Positions 34,648 to 43,200 of a DNA stretch of 64,000 nt are shown here, one piece after another. Below the pieces are notes generated by a model. It had not been told where the DNA came from and did no database searches. It worked only from the letters and a program-made list of their open reading frames with translations. Both the position numbers and the translations under genes were made by a program. How positions within the stretch are numbered: the stretch's first letter is position 1; each line of letters starts with the position of its first letter. Source of the stretch: an uncultured Solirubrobacteraceae bacterium (GTDB taxonomy: Bacteria; Actinomycetota; Thermoleophilia; Solirubrobacterales; Solirubrobacteraceae); contig CAZPQW010000019.1 of assembly GCA_964588985.1 (NCBI GenBank), forward strand, positions 4,632 through 68,631, written 5' to 3'.

Positions 34648-35045
34648 ACAACAGCGTCTTGACTCGCATGGGGAAGGGCCCCGTTGCATCGCGGATCGAG
34701 CCGATGATCGTGTCGGGCACGTTGGCGACCTGCTCGATGACAGATCTCGAGCTTCTGTTCAGCGCTCGTAACGGCGAGGAGCACCGCGCGCGACGCGACG
34801 ATTTCGCATTGCGGTTCCTCCATGTGCAACTCGACCAGCGGATGTTCGACCGTGCGATCGAAGTCCAAGGACTGCTCGCCGAGAAGGCTCAGCACCGCGC
34901 GGCGAGCATCCCCGACCTCGTCGTAGCGGCCGCGGCTGAGCACGCGGGGCTCACGGTGCTCCACTACGACGCCGACTTCGACCTGATCGCCACGGTCACC
35001 GCGCAGCCGACCGAGTGGGTCGTGCCGCGCGGCTCCGTCGACTGA
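34623..35045 (+). CDS. vapC: PIN-domain toxin VapC
   Basis: LVDNSVL start and conserved acidic positions (DLE..., IPDLVVAAAAE, YDADFD). GTG 34623 overlaps the vapB end. Confidence 0.8.
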   Translation: MAAAAHLVDNSVLTRMGKGPVASRIEPMIVSGTLATCSMTDLELLFSARNGEEHRARRDDFALRFLHVQLDQRMFDRAIEVQGLLAEKAQHRAASIPDLVVAAAAEHAGLTVLHYDADFDLIATVTAQPTEWVVPRGSVD

Positions 35046-35055
35046 GCGTCGTCTA

Positions 35056-36246
35056 TCACAGGCCGTAGGAGCGGCCGATGACGTCGAGCATGATCTCGTC
35101 GGTGCCCGCGCCGATGCGGTTCAGGCGCGCGTCGCGCCACACGCGCTCGACGCCGTACTCGCGCATGTAGCCCGCGCCGCCGTGGATCTGGATGCATTCG
35201 TCGGCCACTTCGCACAGCACGCGCGAGGCGTGGAGCTTCGCCATCGAGATCTCCCGCACGGGGTACTCGCCGTTGTTGAAACGCCACGCCGTGATGTAGG
35301 TCATCTGCCGCGCCGACTCGATTTTGGTGGCCATCTCCGCGAACTTGTGGCGAATCACCTGGAACTTGCCGATTTCGCGGCCGAACGCCTTGCGCTCGTG
35401 CGCGTACTGCAGCGTCCGTTCGAAGCACTTCTGCGCACCGGCCACCATGCCCGCGGCGCCGATCAGGCGCTCGCCCTGGAGCTCCCACATGATGTGGTAG
35501 AAGCCCTTGCCCACCTGGCCGAGCACCGCGGATGCCGGCACGCGCACGTCCTGGAACGCCAGGAGCGCGGTGTCCGAGGCGTGCATGCCGAGCTTCTCGA
35601 GCCGCTTCTCGCGGATCACGCCCGGAGCGTCCATCGGCACGAGGAACAGCGTGAAGCCGTCATAGCCCGCGTCGGAGTCGGTCTTCGTCACGAGCACGAT
35701 CACGTCCGCGCGATGGCCGTTCGTGATGTAGGTCTTCGAGCCGTTGATGATGTAGTCGTCGCCGTCCTTCACGGCTCTCGTCTTGATGCCTTTCACATCC
35801 GAGCCGGCGTCGGGCTCGGTGATGCCGAGGCACAGGATCTTCTCGCCCTTGATCGCGGGCACCACCCACTCCTGCTTCTGCTCCTCTGAGCCGAACGCGA
35901 GGATCGGCGGCATCGCCATGTCGGTGTGGACCGCGATGCCCATCGCGAGCCCCCCGGAGTTGCCGTTGGTGATCTCCTCCGCCAGCACCAGCGCGGTGTA
36001 GTAGTCGCCGCCCTGACCGCCGTACTGCTCCGGCTTGTCGAGACCGAGGAAGCCCAGTTCGCCCATGCGCGCGAACACCGAGTCGGGGAATGTCGTCTCC
36101 TCCCACTCTTCGGCGTGCGGCGCCAGCTCTTTGGTGGCGAAGTTGCGGATCGACTCGCGCAGCTGTTCGTGCTCGTCGGTGAAGAGGAAGTGCTTGCGTG
36201 CGGCTTGGAAGTCGGGCTTGCGCACGCTCTCGTCGGTGGCGGCCAT
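35056..36246 (-). CDS. Acyl-CoA dehydrogenase
   Basis: GITEPDAGSD, YITNG, QIHGGAGYMREY. Start set to ATG 36246, which has aaggaga 9 nt upstream; the upstream 98 codons of the tracked ORF are discarded. Confidence 0.9.
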   Translation of the reverse strand: MAATDESVRKPDFQAARKHFLFTDEHEQLRESIRNFATKELAPHAEEWEETTFPDSVFARMGELGFLGLDKPEQYGGQGGDYYTALVLAEEITNGNSGGLAMGIAVHTDMAMPPILAFGSEEQKQEWVVPAIKGEKILCLGITEPDAGSDVKGIKTRAVKDGDDYIINGSKTYITNGHRADVIVLVTKTDSDAGYDGFTLFLVPMDAPGVIREKRLEKLGMHASDTALLAFQDVRVPASAVLGQVGKGFYHIMWELQGERLIGAAGMVAGAQKCFERTLQYAHERKAFGREIGKFQVIRHKFAEMATKIESARQMTYITAWRFNNGEYPVREISMAKLHASRVLCEVADECIQIHGGAGYMREYGVERVWRDARLNRIGAGTDEIMLDVIGRSYGL

Positions 36247-36313
36247 CTGGGAGGGTCTCCTTGGTCGTTTCGGGTCCGCGCGCAAGCTACCGCAAGCGGC
36301 GTCAAAAGTAAAT

Positions 36314-36329
36314 AGTACAACTGTGTACT
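36314..36329. promoter_or_regulatory. Inverted repeat AGTACAactgTGTACT in a divergent promoter region
   Basis: The only AT-rich patch between the divergent ACAD (36246) and crotonase (36364) genes. Candidate operator for the operon-encoded MerR regulator. Confidence 0.3.
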
Positions 36330-36363
36330 TCCAACGATCGCAAGTTCTGGTTAGGATGCGCGC

Positions 36364-37149
36364 ATGGCAAGCGACAAGGTCCTCTACGCCGTCGACGAGA
36401 GCGGGATCGCGACGATCACGCTCAACGACCCGGACACGCGCAACGCGCTCTCCGCGGAGCTGCTCGGTGGGTTGATCGAGTACTTCAAGCGCGCACGCGA
36501 CGAGCCCGAGGTGCGCTGCGTGGTGCTGCGCTCCTCGCACGAGAAGACGTTCTCCTCCGGCGCCAACCTAGGCGGCTTCGCGGGCGACGACTCGCTCGTA
36601 CACAAGCACTTCGGCTCGGAGCACTTCGTCGGCCTGTTCAAGCTGATCGGCGAGCTCGGCAAGCCGACGGTCTGCGCCGCGCGCGGCCACGTGCTCGCGG
36701 GCGCGCTCGGGATCGCGCTCGCGTGTGACCTGATCGTCGCGACCGAGGACGCCACGTTCGGCACGCCCGAGATCAACATCGGCACGTTCCCGTTCATGAT
36801 CATGGCGCTCATCTATCGCAACGTCCCGCGCAAGAAGGCCAACGAGCTGCTCCTGTTGGGCGAGCGCTGGAGCGCCGAGCAGGCTCTCGCCGCGGGGATC
36901 GTCAACCGCGTCGTGCCGGCCGGTGAGCTCGACGGCGCGGTGGCGGAGTGGGCGGGCAAGCTCGCAGGCAAGTCGCCGGTGATCATGCGCCTGGGCAAGG
37001 AGGCGATGCGCCGCCAGCTGGACATGCCGCTCGACGACGCGCTCGACTACCTGCGCGCGCAGCTCAGCCTGGCGCTTTCGACGGAAGACATAGTGGAGGG
37101 CGTCACCGCGTTCTTCGAGAAGCGCGACCCGCAGTGGAAAGGCCGCTGA
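36364..37149 (+). CDS. Enoyl-CoA hydratase/isomerase family protein
   Basis: Crotonase pattern (TLNDPDTRNAL, FSSGANL, GALGIALACD). The stop overlaps the next start (TGATG). Confidence 0.9.
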   Translation: MASDKVLYAVDESGIATITLNDPDTRNALSAELLGGLIEYFKRARDEPEVRCVVLRSSHEKTFSSGANLGGFAGDDSLVHKHFGSEHFVGLFKLIGELGKPTVCAARGHVLAGALGIALACDLIVATEDATFGTPEINIGTFPFMIMALIYRNVPRKKANELLLLGERWSAEQALAAGIVNRVVPAGELDGAVAEWAGKLAGKSPVIMRLGKEAMRRQLDMPLDDALDYLRAQLSLALSTEDIVEGVTAFFEKRDPQWKGR

Positions 37150-38735
37150 TGAGCACCAAGGAGACCAGCGCGCCGGAGACGGTTTCGATGCTGCGCCCGC
37201 TTGTGGAGGATCTGGAAGCACGCCGCGAGCGCATCAGGCTCGGCGGCGGCGAGGAGAAGATCGCCGCGCAGCACGAGCGCGAAAAGCTCACCGCGCGCGA
37301 GCGCATCGCGCTGCTCATAGACGAGGGCACGTTCGTCGAGCTGGGCATCCACGGCAAACCGCACTTCTCCCAGCGCGCGATGGACGGCGTCGACGCACCC
37401 GCCGACGGCGTGATCACCGGCTACGGCAAGGTCGACGGCCGGCTGACCGCCGTGTGCGCATACGACTTCACCGTGATGGCCGGCTCGATGGGCATGACCG
37501 GTGAGATCAAGGTCACGCGCCTGCGCGAGCTGGCGCTGACCAAGCGGATGCCGTTCGTGTGGCTGCTCGACTCGGCCGGCGCACGCGTGCAGGAGGCCGC
37601 CGGCGCGCTGTTCGCCGGCTCCGGGCACCTGTTCCGCGAGGAGGTCGTGATGAGCGGCGTGATCCCGCAGGTCGCCGCGCTGATGGGCCCGTGCGCCGCC
37701 GGCACCGCCTACATCCCCGGCCTCGCGGACTTCGTGCCGATGGTCAAGGGCCGCGGCTCGATGGCGCTCGCCGGGCCGCACCTCGTCAAAGCGGCGGTCG
37801 GCGAGGACGTCACCCAGGAGGAACTCGGTGGCTCGCGCGTGCACTGCCGCAAGTCGGGCGTGGGGGACTTGGAGGTCGCAAACGACGAGGAGTGCATCGA
37901 GCGGATCAAGCAGTACCTCTCCTACATGCCTCAGAACTGCGAAGAGCGCGCCCCGATCCGCGCCGCGGCCGACCCGATCGACCGCCGCGAGGAGGACCTC
38001 CTCGACGTGCTGCCCGAGTCCAACCGCAAGCCGTATGACATGTACGAGGTGATCAAGCGGATCGTCGACGACGGCGAGTACTTCGACATGAAGGGCCAGT
38101 GGGCGAAGACGATCATCACGTGCTTCGCGCGCTTCGGCGGGCGGCCAGCGGGGATCGTCGCCAACCAGCCCAAGCAGCTCGGCGGCATCCTCGACAACGA
38201 CTCCGCCGACAAGGCCGCGCGCTTCGTCAACCTCTGCAACGCGTTCGCGATCCCGCTCGTGTTCATCCAGGACGTGCCCGGCTTCATGGTCGGCACGAAG
38301 GTCGAGGCCGAAGGCATCATCCGACACGGCGCGAAGATGCTCTACGCGGTCGCCAACGCCACCGTGCCGAAGATCACCGTGATCACGCGCAAGGCCTACG
38401 GCGCGGGCTACTACGTCATGAACGGCCGCGCCTTTGAGCCGGACCTGATCGTCGCGTGGCCGAGCGCCGAGATCAGCGTGATGGGCGCCGAGGGCGTGGT
38501 GGAGATCGCGTTCCGCAAGCAGGTCGAAGCGGCCGAGGACCCCGCCGCGAAGAAGGCCGAGCTGGTCGAGGGCTTTCGCAAGATCTTCGAGGTCTACGGT
38601 GCCGCCGCCAACGATGTCATCGACGACGTCATCGACCCGCGCGAGACGCGCGAGACGATCTGCCGAGCGCTGGAGATGTCGGAGAACAAGAAAATCGAGC
38701 GGCCGTGGAAGCGGCAAGGAGTCGTACCGGTATGA
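37149..38735 (+). CDS. Acyl-CoA carboxylase carboxyltransferase (beta) subunit
   Basis: KLTARERIALLIDEGTF, MAGSMG, and the two-domain carboxyl-transferase pattern. Start set to ATG 37149. Confidence 0.9.
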   Translation: MSTKETSAPETVSMLRPLVEDLEARRERIRLGGGEEKIAAQHEREKLTARERIALLIDEGTFVELGIHGKPHFSQRAMDGVDAPADGVITGYGKVDGRLTAVCAYDFTVMAGSMGMTGEIKVTRLRELALTKRMPFVWLLDSAGARVQEAAGALFAGSGHLFREEVVMSGVIPQVAALMGPCAAGTAYIPGLADFVPMVKGRGSMALAGPHLVKAAVGEDVTQEELGGSRVHCRKSGVGDLEVANDEECIERIKQYLSYMPQNCEERAPIRAAADPIDRREEDLLDVLPESNRKPYDMYEVIKRIVDDGEYFDMKGQWAKTIITCFARFGGRPAGIVANQPKQLGGILDNDSADKAARFVNLCNAFAIPLVFIQDVPGFMVGTKVEAEGIIRHGAKMLYAVANATVPKITVITRKAYGAGYYVMNGRAFEPDLIVAWPSAEISVMGAEGVVEIAFRKQVEAAEDPAAKKAELVEGFRKIFEVYGAAANDVIDDVIDPRETRETICRALEMSENKKIERPWKRQGVVPV

Positions 38736-39595
38736 GCCTCGACCACCCAGTCGTCATCACCTGCTCGATCTCGGGGGCGATCGCCAACCGCGAGCAGTGC
38801 CCCGCGATCCCCTATACGCCCGAGGAGTACGCCGCGGAGGCGCGGCGGATCGTGGACGAGGGCGGCGTGCACATCCACATCCACGCGCGCAAACCCGACG
38901 GGACCCCGTCGTATGAGATCGAGGACTTCCAGGCGATCACCGACGCGATTCGCGGCGAGGTGGGAGACGCGGCGATCATCAACTTCTCCACCGGCACGAT
39001 CGGCGTGCCGGTCGCCAAGCGCATCGAATACCTGCGTGCGTGCCCTCCCGAAGTGGCCGCGCTGAACATGGGCTCGATGAACTACGCCAAGTACTCCAAG
39101 TCGCGCAAGCAGTTCGTCTTCTCGATGGTCTTCGAGAACCCGTTCCCGGAGATCATCGAGCTGCTCGAGGCGATGAACGAGCTGAACATCAAACCCGAGC
39201 ACGAGTGCTTCGACATCGGCCACGTCGGCAGCCTCGCGCCGCTGATCGACATGGGCGTGCTCAAAACCCCGCTGCACGTGGACTGCGTGATGGGCGTCGT
39301 GGGGGGTATCCCGCCGACCGCACGCAACCTCGCCGCGATGGTCGACAACATCCCCGAGGGTTCCCATTGGGGCGTGATCGGCATCTCGCGCGACCAGTGG
39401 ATGCTCGTGTCCGCTGCGCTCACGCTCGGCGGCTCGATCCGCGTCGGCCTCGAGGACAACCTGTACCTGCCGAACGGCGAGATGGCGAAGTCCAACGGCG
39501 AGCTGATCGCCAAGGCCAGGCAGATGACAGAAGACATGGGTCGCCGTCCCGCCACGGTTGAGGAGGCGCGCGCGATGCTGGGGATCGTCCGATGA
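38732..39595 (+). CDS. BKACE (3-keto-5-aminohexanoate cleavage enzyme / DUF849) family protein
   Basis: VVITCSISGA...YTPEEYA...GGVHIHIHAR pattern. ATGA overlap with the upstream stop. Confidence 0.85.
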   Translation: MSLDHPVVITCSISGAIANREQCPAIPYTPEEYAAEARRIVDEGGVHIHIHARKPDGTPSYEIEDFQAITDAIRGEVGDAAIINFSTGTIGVPVAKRIEYLRACPPEVAALNMGSMNYAKYSKSRKQFVFSMVFENPFPEIIELLEAMNELNIKPEHECFDIGHVGSLAPLIDMGVLKTPLHVDCVMGVVGGIPPTARNLAAMVDNIPEGSHWGVIGISRDQWMLVSAALTLGGSIRVGLEDNLYLPNGEMAKSNGELIAKARQMTEDMGRRPATVEEARAMLGIVR

Positions 39596-40842
39596 GCCTG
39601 CCGCTGGAGGGCGTGCGCGTCCTCGACCTCTCCCGTTTGCTGCCGGGCGGCTTCTGCTCGCTGCTGCTCGCCGACTTCGGCGCGGATGTGCTGAAGGTGG
39701 AGGACACCGGCATGGGCGACTACATCCGTTGGTCGCCCCCCTACTACGAGGGCGCGCACGACAGCGCCAAGTCCGCGCTGTTCCTGTCGCTCAACCGCAA
39801 CAAGCGCTCGATCCGCCTGGACCTGAAGAACGACCGCGGCCGCGAGGCGCTGCTGCGCTTGGTGCGCGAACACGACGTGGTGCTCGAGTCCTTCCGCCCG
39901 GGCGTGCTCGACCGGCTCGGCGTCGGCTACGAGCGGATGCGCGAGGAGAACCCCGGGATCGTCTACTGCGCGATCTCCGGCTACGGCCAGGACGGTCCCA
40001 AGCGCGACGCCTCCGGGCACGACATGAACTACCTCGGCCTGATCGGCCTGCTCGGACTGACAGGCGAGCGCGGCGGCGAGCCGGTGCAGGCCGCCGGGCA
40101 GATCGCCGACCTCGGCGGCGGCGCTCTGATGGCGGCGTTCGGGATCATGGCCGCGCTGCGCGAGCGCGACGGCGGTCCGGGCCGTCCGGGCTCCGGCGAG
40201 GGGCAGATGGTGGACGTGTCGATGGCCGATGGCGCGCTGTCGTGGCTTGCGATGGTCGCGGGCGCGTACTTCGCCGACGGCACCGTCCCGGCCCGGGGGG
40301 AGCTGCCATTGGCCGGCTCCTTGATCTGTTACCGCCCGTATGAGTGCTCCGACGGCTGGGTGTCGCTCGGTGCGCTCGAGCCGAAGTTCTGGCAGGCGTG
40401 GTGCCGCGGGGTGGGGCGAGAGGACCTGATCGCTGTCCAGTTCGAACGCCCCGGCTCAGACGCCCACGGACAGGTCAAGGAGATCTTCGCGTCGCGGACG
40501 CGCGCCGAATGGGAGGCGTTCGCGCAGAAGCACGACTGCTGCCTGGAGCCGGTGCTCGAGCTGGACGAGGCGCTCGAGTCCGAGCTCGTGCGCGAGCGTG
40601 GAATGGTCGTCGAGCTCGACCAGCCCGGCGCGACGCAGCCGGTGCGCCAGCTGGGCGTGCCGGTCAAGCTGGGTCGCACGCCCGGCGAGCATGCGCGTTT
40701 GCCCGGCCCCGAGCTGGGCGAGCACACCGAGGAGGTCCTGCTCGCCGCCGGCTACAGCGAGGCGGAGGTCGCCGAGCTGCTGGACTGCGGCGCGGCGGCC
40801 GCGTCGGCCGCGTCTCATCAGGGCGTCACGTTCAGGGCGTGA
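39592..40842 (+). CDS. CoA-transferase family III (CaiB/BaiF-like)
   Basis: LEGVRVLDLSRLLPGGFCS..LADFGADVLKVE. ATGA overlap with the upstream stop. Confidence 0.9.
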   Translation: MSLPLEGVRVLDLSRLLPGGFCSLLLADFGADVLKVEDTGMGDYIRWSPPYYEGAHDSAKSALFLSLNRNKRSIRLDLKNDRGREALLRLVREHDVVLESFRPGVLDRLGVGYERMREENPGIVYCAISGYGQDGPKRDASGHDMNYLGLIGLLGLTGERGGEPVQAAGQIADLGGGALMAAFGIMAALRERDGGPGRPGSGEGQMVDVSMADGALSWLAMVAGAYFADGTVPARGELPLAGSLICYRPYECSDGWVSLGALEPKFWQAWCRGVGREDLIAVQFERPGSDAHGQVKEIFASRTRAEWEAFAQKHDCCLEPVLELDEALESELVRERGMVVELDQPGATQPVRQLGVPVKLGRTPGEHARLPGPELGEHTEEVLLAAGYSEAEVAELLDCGAAAASAASHQGVTFRA

Positions 40843-40846
40843 GCTG

Positions 40847-41566
40847 ATGGCTGGCGTGCAGGAGCGGCCACTGCTGAAGATGAGCGAGCTGGCGGAGCGC
40901 TCGGGGGTGAGCCCGGGGACGATCCGCTACTACCTGCGCGAGGGGCTGCTCGGCGAGGGCGCAGACGTGGTGCGGACGAGCCGCAACATGGCCTACTACC
41001 CGCCCGAGTACGTCGAGCGGATCGTGCTGATCAAGCGCCTGCAGGAGGAGCGCTTCATGCCGCTGCGCGTGATCAAGGGCGCACTCGAGCAGGACCCCGA
41101 GCGCGTGCGCGCGCTGATGGAGCTCGAGGATCGCATCCTCGAGCGGGCTCTCGAGACCGTCGAGGACCAGAGCCGGATCTCGCGGAAGCTCGTGGAGGAG
41201 CGCTACGGCATCCCGCGCAACGCGCTCGACCGACTCGCGGACATCGGAGTGCTCACGCCCAGCAAGCGCGGCTATGACCGCGACGACGTGAAGATCATCG
41301 AGGCGATCGCGAACTTCCGCGCGGGCGGATACGACGAGGCGCTCGGGTTCACCGTGTACGACACGCTGCTCTACCGCGAGGCGCTCGAGCCGCTCGTGGA
41401 GGAAGAGGTCAACTCGCTGCTCGGCAAGCTCGCCGGCGAGGTCGAGATCGACCGCGCGATGGAGATCGTCGCCGCCGGCGTCGAGCCCCTGCGCGAGTTG
41501 ATCGGCGCTATGCACTCCAAGCTGCTGCTGGCGGCGTTGCGCAGGCACCGGGGGCGCGAGGGCTGA
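40847..41566 (+). CDS. MerR family transcriptional regulator (LiuR-like context)
   Basis: N-terminal HTH LLKMSELAERSGVSPGTIRYYLREGLL. Last gene of the acyl-CoA operon. Confidence 0.85.
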   Translation: MAGVQERPLLKMSELAERSGVSPGTIRYYLREGLLGEGADVVRTSRNMAYYPPEYVERIVLIKRLQEERFMPLRVIKGALEQDPERVRALMELEDRILERALETVEDQSRISRKLVEERYGIPRNALDRLADIGVLTPSKRGYDRDDVKIIEAIANFRAGGYDEALGFTVYDTLLYREALEPLVEEEVNSLLGKLAGEVEIDRAMEIVAAGVEPLRELIGAMHSKLLLAALRRHRGREG

Positions 41567-41614
41567 CGGGAAGCAGGCCCGGACGGACGGACGCGGCACC
41601 GGGGGTGGGCATCT

Positions 41615-42019
41615 TTGGACAGGTGGCCATGTAGCCGCACATACCTCAGAGGGACGATGCCTGGTATGGCTCTCAGGCCCCTATCCGCGCAGGAGCTGGC
41701 CGACACGCCGACGCTCTTCGCCAGTTTCATGGGCTACATGGGCACGAGCTACAAGACGCTCGGTCAGTTGCGCGACATATATCAGCAGCGCAGCAAGGCG
41801 CTCCGCGCGGCGGGGGATCCGGACGACGATTTGCGCGTCGACCGCTTCATCGCCGATATGGAAGGCCGCAGGTGGAGATCCGACTTGGTGATGCGGATCG
41901 GCGAGTTCGACGGCACCGTGCTCGTGGTCGACGGCATCCACCGCGCGATCGCGTACCTGACGTGCATCGAGCTGGGGATCGGGGCCGACAGGCTGCCGGC
42001 GCTGCACGTGGACTGCTAG
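41615..42019 (+). CDS. Hypothetical protein with a ParB/Srx-like DGxHR motif
   Basis: VLVVDGIHRAIAYL resembles the ParB N-terminal/sulfiredoxin-fold signature. Start uncertain (41615, 41657 or 41666). Confidence 0.45.
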   Translation: MDRWPCSRTYLRGTMPGMALRPLSAQELADTPTLFASFMGYMGTSYKTLGQLRDIYQQRSKALRAAGDPDDDLRVDRFIADMEGRRWRSDLVMRIGEFDGTVLVVDGIHRAIAYLTCIELGIGADRLPALHVDC

Positions 42020-42088
42020 CCAAGCCAGAGGTCTGCCAATGGCGAGAGTGGCTGTCAAGCGATACCGTCTTTAGGACGGACGGCACTA

Positions 42089-42265
42089 ATGGCTAAAAAC
42101 GAATCAACACAAATCACCAAGCGTGAGCTTCGCGACGCGGAGCTTCAGATGACCGGGAGACCGCCTGCATCGGCCATTGGGATGATCGGGTTCGTGCCCG
42201 CAGCCCCGATGTTCAATGGCGGACATGCCGGTTCAAATAGCTCCCCGCAAGTCGACAAGTCTTAA
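42089..42265 (+). CDS. Possible 58-aa small ORF (below the ORF-track cutoff)
   Basis: ATG 42089 to TAA 42263-42265 encodes MAKNESTQITKRELRDAELQMTGRPPASAIGMIGFVPAAPMFNGGHAGSNSSPQVDKS. Lower-GC gap with a weak agga upstream. Confidence 0.25.
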   Translation: MAKNESTQITKRELRDAELQMTGRPPASAIGMIGFVPAAPMFNGGHAGSNSSPQVDKS

Positions 42266-42289
42266 CGCGTCGCGTCCCGGTGCCGGGCA

Positions 42290-43183
42290 CTACCAGCGCG
42301 CTCTGTGGTGCTCCACGACCCCGAGCCCCCGCGCCAGCTCGATTCCGCCCGGGAGCATCCCCGAGAACGTCCCGAACGGCGCGCGGTAGTCGCTGCTGAG
42401 GATCAACAGGTTGTCGTGCCGGGCACGTTCCGTCTCCGCCACGAAGCGCAGCTCGGATCCGTCCTCGCAGTCAATGCTCGACAGATCCGTCGCGAAGCTG
42501 ACGGGCGGCGTCTCCGACGGGCGCCCGTCGACCCACACCGCCCGCTCGCTCCCCTGCGGCGGGTCATTCACGCCGCTGACGAGGTTCCACGCGAGCGCCA
42601 CGCCATCTGGACCTTCGCCTACCCCAGCGGTCCACCACCACTCGGTCTCGCGCGCGTGATGTCCGGCGGTGTCGTCAATCACGGCGAGCGCGTCGATGCT
42701 CCGCGGCGGACCGCCGTCGATCGTGAGCGTGCCGTGTGCTCGCACGCCCGCCTGCTTGCGCGTCCACACCTCCGCGCTTCCGTGCGGACAGAGCGCTTCG
42801 ATCGGCGCTCCTTCGTCGAGCTGCAGGTCGAGCTCCACGCCACGGTCGCGCACCCGGAGTCGTCCAGGCACAGGCTCGACCCCATTCCCGGCGAGCCGTC
42901 CGTTTACGAGCTCGACCTCCCGCTTGCGCGGTAGCAGCCGCGTGCGCTCCCGCTCGACCGACCCATCGCGCAGGTGCAGCGCCCAGAAGGACTGCCGCGC
43001 CGGGCCGATCTGCACGAGCGCAGCGCACGCCATCAGCTCCTCGCTGAACACGCCCACATATCGCCAACGCTTCAGCGGACGCGAACCGCGAAACAGCCGC
43101 GCGGGTATCGGGTGGAGTCGCGTCCCAGCGCTTGCGCCCTGCTCGGCGCCAGTTATGCTTCGCGATATTGACTGACCAGTCAA
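42290..43183 (-). CDS. DUF2804-like protein
   Basis: LKRWRYVGVF...ALVQIG... and the beta-rich remainder resemble DUF2804. The tracked N-terminus (to 43423) overlaps the divergent gene, so TTG 43183 is proposed as the start. Confidence 0.6.
   Translation of the reverse strand: MTGQSISRSITGAEQGASAGTRLHPIPARLFRGSRPLKRWRYVGVFSEELMACAALVQIGPARQSFWALHLRDGSVERERTRLLPRKREVELVNGRLAGNGVEPVPGRLRVRDRGVELDLQLDEGAPIEALCPHGSAEVWTRKQAGVRAHGTLTIDGGPPRSIDALAVIDDTAGHHARETEWWWTAGVGEGPDGVALAWNLVSGVNDPPQGSERAVWVDGRPSETPPVSFATDLSSIDCEDGSELRFVAETERARHDNLLILSSDYRAPFGTFSGMLPGGIELARGLGVVEHHRARW
43168..43183. promoter_or_regulatory. Perfect inverted repeat TTGACTG-ac-CAGTCAA, candidate TetR operator
   Basis: Sits in the roughly 20-nt gap between the divergent DUF2804 gene and the nitrilase-TetR operon. 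Confidence 0.45.
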
Positions 43184-43200
43184 TCTATTCTGAGGCTCAA

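Noticed and set aside
42200-42250. T-loop-like ggttcaaat, and gggttcgtgccc at about 42187, suggesting a tRNA
   Set aside because: No complementary T-stem, acceptor stem or anticodon arm could be built around either element.
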